Assembly (NCBI GenBank): GCA_964514595.1
Contig: CAZEQZ010000001.1
Coordinates: forward strand, 267,847-331,846
Reading direction: 5' to 3'
DNA: 64,000 nt
Origin: an uncultured Candidatus Saccharibacteria bacterium
GTDB taxonomy: Bacteria > Patescibacteriota > Dojkabacteria > SC72
In this document: positions 59,923 to 64,000 of the stretch, one piece after another
Numbering within the stretch: the stretch's first letter is position 1
How the letters are laid out: every line of letters begins with the position of its first letter
The notes under the pieces: model-generated
Database searches by the model: none
What the model saw: only the letters and a program-made list of their open reading frames with translations
Told to the model about the DNA's origin: nothing
Program-made: the position numbers and the translations under genes

Positions 59923-60578
59923 GAGGTAGTATAACGAAGATTCAAAAACTGTTTTTTCTCTTTGTTCTGTTTTTGTTAATGGGATGTAGTGTATCAATAG
60001 CTTCGCTTCCAGAGTTTGCCTTAGAGCAAACAAGAACACCTTTTCAACCAAGCATGGTAGAAGAGGTTCAAGCAACTCACTCGCCTACTCGTACCCCTTT
60101 GACTTTTGGAGGGGTTATTTCCTTGCAGAATCCTATAAAGGTTGCGATTTCAGGATTCGAAGAAGAGGTTCGGGAGTTGGAAGTGATTGAATGCCAAAGG
60201 TGCTCGACTAATAAGGTTAATTCCTTGTTAGGTTCTGCAAAAACAGAACGTTGGGCTGCAGTAAGGGATTGGGATTCCAAGACAGATGTATTATACATCC
60301 ATTCCTCTGAACAGCCATGGGGCCTTCATCTAGGAGAGATACTTGTAAGACTCGACAAAGATGATACCCTTAAAGACTTATCAATCTGCTTTAATAGTGC
60401 CTGCTATGAAGTTGCAGACATTATCTCTTTGGAGAGAGCAGAAATAAAGGAAGCCGTAACTCCAGACCAATTGTTTGAAGAGATTCCAGGTCAAGTAATA
60501 ATATTGACTTGCTCAGAAAATATGGTCAGGGGTCTACAAACTCCCAAATTGATTATTCAATTAACTCCATACTACTAG
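59862..60578 (+). CDS. Putative lipoprotein (start codon uncertain)
   Basis: Hydrophobic h-region LFFLFVLFLL followed by a lipobox-like LMGC. The only ATG lies 61 nt inside the preceding gene. GGAGG at 59918-59922 is followed by ATA/ATT codons. Confidence 0.5.
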   Translation: MVGNSHVRPGDPFRREEKGIGGSITKIQKLFFLFVLFLLMGCSVSIASLPEFALEQTRTPFQPSMVEEVQATHSPTRTPLTFGGVISLQNPIKVAISGFEEEVRELEVIECQRCSTNKVNSLLGSAKTERWAAVRDWDSKTDVLYIHSSEQPWGLHLGEILVRLDKDDTLKDLSICFNSACYEVADIISLERAEIKEAVTPDQLFEEIPGQVIILTCSENMVRGLQTPKLIIQLTPYY

Positions 60579-60588
60579 TTGGTTAAAC

Positions 60589-60626
60589 GGAAGAGTCGCC
60601 TAGCGACCAAACAAGACGACTCTTCC
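60589..60626. terminator. GC-rich hairpin between convergent genes (possible bidirectional terminator)
   Basis: GGAAGAGTCG (60589-60598) and CGACTCTTCC (60617-60626), with the nested palindrome GTCGCCTAGCGAC in the loop. No clear T-run on either side. Confidence 0.35.
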
Positions 60627-60632
60627 ACCCAA

Positions 60633-61694
60633 CTACAATATAATACCCCCACCTAATACAAGATCTTTTTTATAAAATACTACTGATTGTCCAGAAGTAA
60701 TAGCTCTTTGCTTTTTATCAAACTTAACAAACACATTACCATTATCTAATGGTTTTATTTTTGCCTTAGCTATATTACTACCATACCTTATTTTCACCTC
60801 CACTCTCATCTCCTTATCCAATTTCTCTATACCTATCCAATTTAAATCAGTAGCTTCTAAATCATCATTATAAATATCACTCTCCTTTCCTACTATCACC
60901 CTGTTACTATCAACATCTATATCTGCAACATACAAAGGCTCTTTACTTGATATCTTTATTCCCTTTCTTTGTCCTATGGTGAAATTATGAGTTCCTTCGT
61001 GTTTCCCTAATACATTTCCTTTAGTATCTACAATATCTCCTTCTTTAAATTCCTTCTTGCTGTTCTCTTGTACAAACCTACCGTAGTTATTATCCTCTAC
61101 AAAACATATCTCTTGGCTATCCTTTTTCTCAGCTACTCCTAATCCTATCTTCTTAGCTATACTCCTTACTTTCTTTTTAGATAGATTACCTAAAGGAAAG
61201 ATACACTTACCTAATTGTTCTTGTGTTAGATTGTATAGAACATAGCTTTGATCTTTACTTTTGTCCTTCCCTTTTTTAAGCAGATATCTATTACCTTTCT
61301 TTACTACTCTTGCATAGTGACCTGTAGCTACATAATCTATGTCCATAGATAGTGCCTTGTTAAGAAATTCTTCAAACTTAATATATCTATTACATGCAAT
61401 ACATGGATTAGGTGTTCTTCCTTCTAAGTATTCTGATATGAAATACTTTATTACCTTCTCATCAAATACTTTTTTTAAATTAAGGACGTAATATGGTATG
61501 TCTAATTTATTTGCTACTCTTCTAGCATCTTCAACAGAAGAAAGGGAGCAACATGACGTGTTCATATTACTATCTCCTTCCCATAATTTCATTGTAGCGC
61601 CTATAACATCATATCCCTGTTTTTTAAGAAGATATGCGGTAACTGAGCTATCTACTCCGCCACTCATACCTACTAATACCTTTTTGTTTTTCAT
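60633..61694 (-). CDS. mnmA: tRNA-specific 2-thiouridylase
   Basis: PP-loop VGMSGGVDSS, catalytic Cys contexts, 353 aa. Confidence 0.9.
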   Translation of the reverse strand: MKNKKVLVGMSGGVDSSVTAYLLKKQGYDVIGATMKLWEGDSNMNTSCCSLSSVEDARRVANKLDIPYYVLNLKKVFDEKVIKYFISEYLEGRTPNPCIACNRYIKFEEFLNKALSMDIDYVATGHYARVVKKGNRYLLKKGKDKSKDQSYVLYNLTQEQLGKCIFPLGNLSKKKVRSIAKKIGLGVAEKKDSQEICFVEDNNYGRFVQENSKKEFKEGDIVDTKGNVLGKHEGTHNFTIGQRKGIKISSKEPLYVADIDVDSNRVIVGKESDIYNDDLEATDLNWIGIEKLDKEMRVEVKIRYGSNIAKAKIKPLDNGNVFVKFDKKQRAITSGQSVVFYKKDLVLGGGIIL

Positions 61695-61722
61695 ATGGTT
61701 ATTTTACAGGAAATGTTTGTGT

Positions 61723-62100
61723 TTATTTAGTATGTTTCTTTCTATAATCCTCTATAGCAGCACTAACAGCCTGTTGTGCCAAATTGGAACAGTGCATCTT
61801 AACAGGAGGTAATCCACCTAGTGATTCTGCTACTTCTTTATTACTGATATCTAATGCCTCATCTAAGTTCTTTCCTTTTATTAATTCAGTTATCATACTA
61901 CTAGTAGCTACTGCAGCCCCACATCCAAATGTGAGAAATTTTACATCTGTTATTACATCATCCTTAACTTTAATATACATCCTCATAATATCTCCACACC
62001 TAGGATTTCCAACCTCTCCTACTCCATCTGGATTTTTAATCTCCCCAACATTTCTTGGATTCATAAAATGATCCATTACTTTTTCACTGTAGTTTTCCAT
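61723..62100 (-). CDS. iscU: Fe-S cluster assembly scaffold (IscU/NifU N-terminal type)
   Basis: Three conserved Cys contexts (GNPRCGD, FGCGAA, HCSNLA). Length 125 aa. Confidence 0.88.
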   Translation of the reverse strand: MENYSEKVMDHFMNPRNVGEIKNPDGVGEVGNPRCGDIMRMYIKVKDDVITDVKFLTFGCGAAVATSSMITELIKGKNLDEALDISNKEVAESLGGLPPVKMHCSNLAQQAVSAAIEDYRKKHTK

Positions 62101-63248
62101 AGTGGTGACATATTTCTTAATTTATTTACAATATCAGGCAGTACTTCTAAGAGATAATCTATCTCTTTTTCTGTATTATCTTTACTAAACGATAATCTTA
62201 GTGAACCATGTGCAATTTCATGAGGAAGACCAATTGCTAAAAGTACATGCGAGGGATCTAGGGAGCCTGAGGTGCATGCAGAACCACTAGAAGCACATAT
62301 ACCCAGTTGATCAAGCATAAGGAGTATAGATTCACCCTCTATATATTTAAAACAGACATTAACATTTCCAGGGAGTCTTTTGCTTCTATCACCATTAACA
62401 ATTGTTTCAGGTATTTTATCTAATATTCCTCCTATACATTTCTCTCTTAACCTAATTAAATATTCACTTTTCTTTTCTATATCCTTTGTAGCAAACTCTA
62501 CAGCAGTACCTAGTCCAACAATACTAGCAACATTTTCAGTACTTGCTCTTTTTCCTCTCTCTTGTCCACCCCCATGAAGAAGATTATCTATCTTAACCCC
62601 GTCCTTTATATACAGAACACCTATACCCTTAGGTCCATTTAATTTGTGTCCTGAGAATGATAATAGGTCTATGTTATGTTTAGAAAGATCTATATCAATA
62701 TTCCCTACTGCTTGTACTGCATCTGTATGGAAATATATACCTTTCTCTTTTGCAATATCCCCTATTTCTTTTATGGGTTGAATTGTACCTATCTCATTAT
62801 TCGCCCACATAATAGAGATTAGTATAGTATCTTCTCTTATAGCTTCTTTTAATTTGTTAATATCGACAATTCCATTACTCTGTACAGGTAAATACGTAAT
62901 TTCAAAACCGTGTTTTTCTAAATATTTGCAAGTATGAAGTACAGCGTGGTGTTCAATACTCGAGGTAATGATATGATTTCCTTTATTTTTATTTGCAAAT
63001 GCCACACCCTTTATTGCCCAGTTATCTGATTCTGTACCGGAGTTAGTAAAGTATATCTCTTTACTCTCACATCCAAGTGCTTTTGCTATTCTATCTCTAG
63101 AATCATCTATTCCCTTCTTGCTCTCTCTGCCCAGGGAATATATAGATGATGGATTCCCGTACTTTTCTGTTAAGTATGCCATCATACTATCTAAAACCTC
63201 TTTAGAGATCTTGGTTGTTGCTGAATTGTCAAAATACATTGTATTCAT
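62076..63248 (-). CDS. iscS: Cysteine desulfurase (NifS/IscS)
   Basis: PLP-lysine context SFSGHKLNGPKG and active-site Cys SSGSAC. Overlaps iscU by 25 nt. Confidence 0.9.
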   Translation of the reverse strand: MNTMYFDNSATTKISKEVLDSMMAYLTEKYGNPSSIYSLGRESKKGIDDSRDRIAKALGCESKEIYFTNSGTESDNWAIKGVAFANKNKGNHIITSSIEHHAVLHTCKYLEKHGFEITYLPVQSNGIVDINKLKEAIREDTILISIMWANNEIGTIQPIKEIGDIAKEKGIYFHTDAVQAVGNIDIDLSKHNIDLLSFSGHKLNGPKGIGVLYIKDGVKIDNLLHGGGQERGKRASTENVASIVGLGTAVEFATKDIEKKSEYLIRLREKCIGGILDKIPETIVNGDRSKRLPGNVNVCFKYIEGESILLMLDQLGICASSGSACTSGSLDPSHVLLAIGLPHEIAHGSLRLSFSKDNTEKEIDYLLEVLPDIVNKLRNMSPLWKTTVKK

Positions 63249-63250
63249 AG

Positions 63251-64000
63251 CTATATAACTAAATTGATTATACCAAGAGATATGAGTAAGGTGATAAAGG
63301 TATATATTGCAAAAAATATTATTACAAAACCAGAGGTTTTAAATAGAAGCTCTGTGTTTATTTTCTCTTTAGCAGATAATATACCAAAGGAAAGAAGTGC
63401 TAATATTGGAAATGTTCCAAGAGCAAATATTAGCATTATTAAAGATGCCTCCATTATACTTCCTGATGTTAGGGCAATAACTTGCATGGATTGGGTGAAT
63501 CCACAGGGTAGTATAAAGGTTATAATTCCTAGAAGCACAGGAGATGCACTTTGATTAAAGTTTTTTGTAAAAACATTTTTTGAAAAGCTAGGTATTAGCC
63601 TCTTTATAAATGGGAATATATCTAAAAGGTTAAGACCCATTAAAAGGAGAAGTATTGAGATTATCAAAGTTGAAACTGTATAGAAATTTCTTGAGAAGGT
63701 AAATATATTCCCCACCAACCCAAGGAGTCCTCCTAGGATAAAGAAGGCAACAATTCGTGATATGTGAAATGATATAAGGGATCTCTTACCCTTCTGTTGA
63801 GTGGATATAGATATAATTATGCTCCCCACTACAGCCATACAGGAAGATAGAGAAGCTATTATTCCAATGATGAAGGACATAAGGAAGATATTATCTGGTA
63901 TATTAACAGAGGAAAATATCTTTGATCTTTGAATTAGAAAAAACAGGAAAAGTAGAATTGTTGCAATAAGGAATGATTTCAGCAGTGTTCTCTTGTCAAT
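63251..64000 (-). CDS. Multi-TM membrane protein (5' end beyond the window)
   Basis: The frame stays open from the listed ATG (63880) up to the window edge (...IDKRTLLKSFLIATILLFLFF...). About 6 TM helices. Family unknown. Confidence 0.5.
   Translation of the reverse strand: MDKRTLLKSFLIATILLFLFFLIQRSKIFSSVNIPDNIFLMSFIIGIIASLSSCMAVVGSIIISISTQQKGKRSLISFHISRIVAFFILGGLLGLVGNIFTFSRNFYTVSTLIISILLLLMGLNLLDIFPFIKRLIPSFSKNVFTKNFNQSASPVLLGIITFILPCGFTQSMQVIALTSGSIMEASLIMLIFALGTFPILALLSFGILSAKEKINTELLFKTSGFVIIFFAIYTFITLLISLGIINLVI

Noticed and set aside
59632-60075. 147-aa minus-strand ORF overlapping the end of the surface-protein gene
   Set aside because: It is an antisense reading through the poly-Pro/poly-Asp codon runs (giving a GGGGG/IIII translation) and has no independent support.

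Overview
The window reads as AT-rich, tightly packed bacterial core genome, almost all housekeeping, using the standard genetic code (TGA terminates at least two well-supported genes). The gene content suggests, by inference only, a small-genome anaerobic Patescibacteria/CPR-like lineage: translation and cell-wall genes dominate, a superoxide reductase and rubredoxin-like protein replace SOD/catalase, the cytidylate kinase is archaeal-type, an RRM protein is present, and there is a giant glycine-rich surface protein. Main blocks, left to right: mutS 3' end, hisS, PBP1A; the conserved thrS-infC-rpmI-rplT-pheS-pheT operon (minus strand); rsmD; a 1253-aa multi-domain surface protein; a SpoU methyltransferase, recG, a short Rel/SpoT homolog, tyrS, rarA; truB-rsmI, tatD; a rearranged dcw cluster (mraZ-rsmH-ftsL-ftsI-mraY on minus, murF on plus, ftsW-murG-murA on minus) with candidate MraZ operator repeats; cmk, a rubredoxin-like Zn-ribbon protein, three tRNAs (Leu-TAA, Cys-GCA, Leu-CAG), pyk, secG, an orphan family-5 substrate-binding protein, def; a histidine kinase/response regulator pair with a MacB/FtsX-type ABC transporter and a subtilisin; queH, a FAD-dependent oxidoreductase, an RRM protein followed by a clear terminator; a PspC/toastrack/LiaF-like envelope-stress triad divergent from desulfoferrodoxin; a polysaccharide deacetylase; a GC-richer two-gene patch encoding a repeat-rich anchored surface protein and a lipoprotein; then mnmA and iscU-iscS. 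I saw no CRISPR array, no obvious mobile element and no phage genes. The most unusual items are the giant surface protein, the GC-richer repeat protein with homopolymeric Pro/Asp codon runs, a few strong intergenic palindromes, and two unannotated small hydrophobic peptide ORFs.
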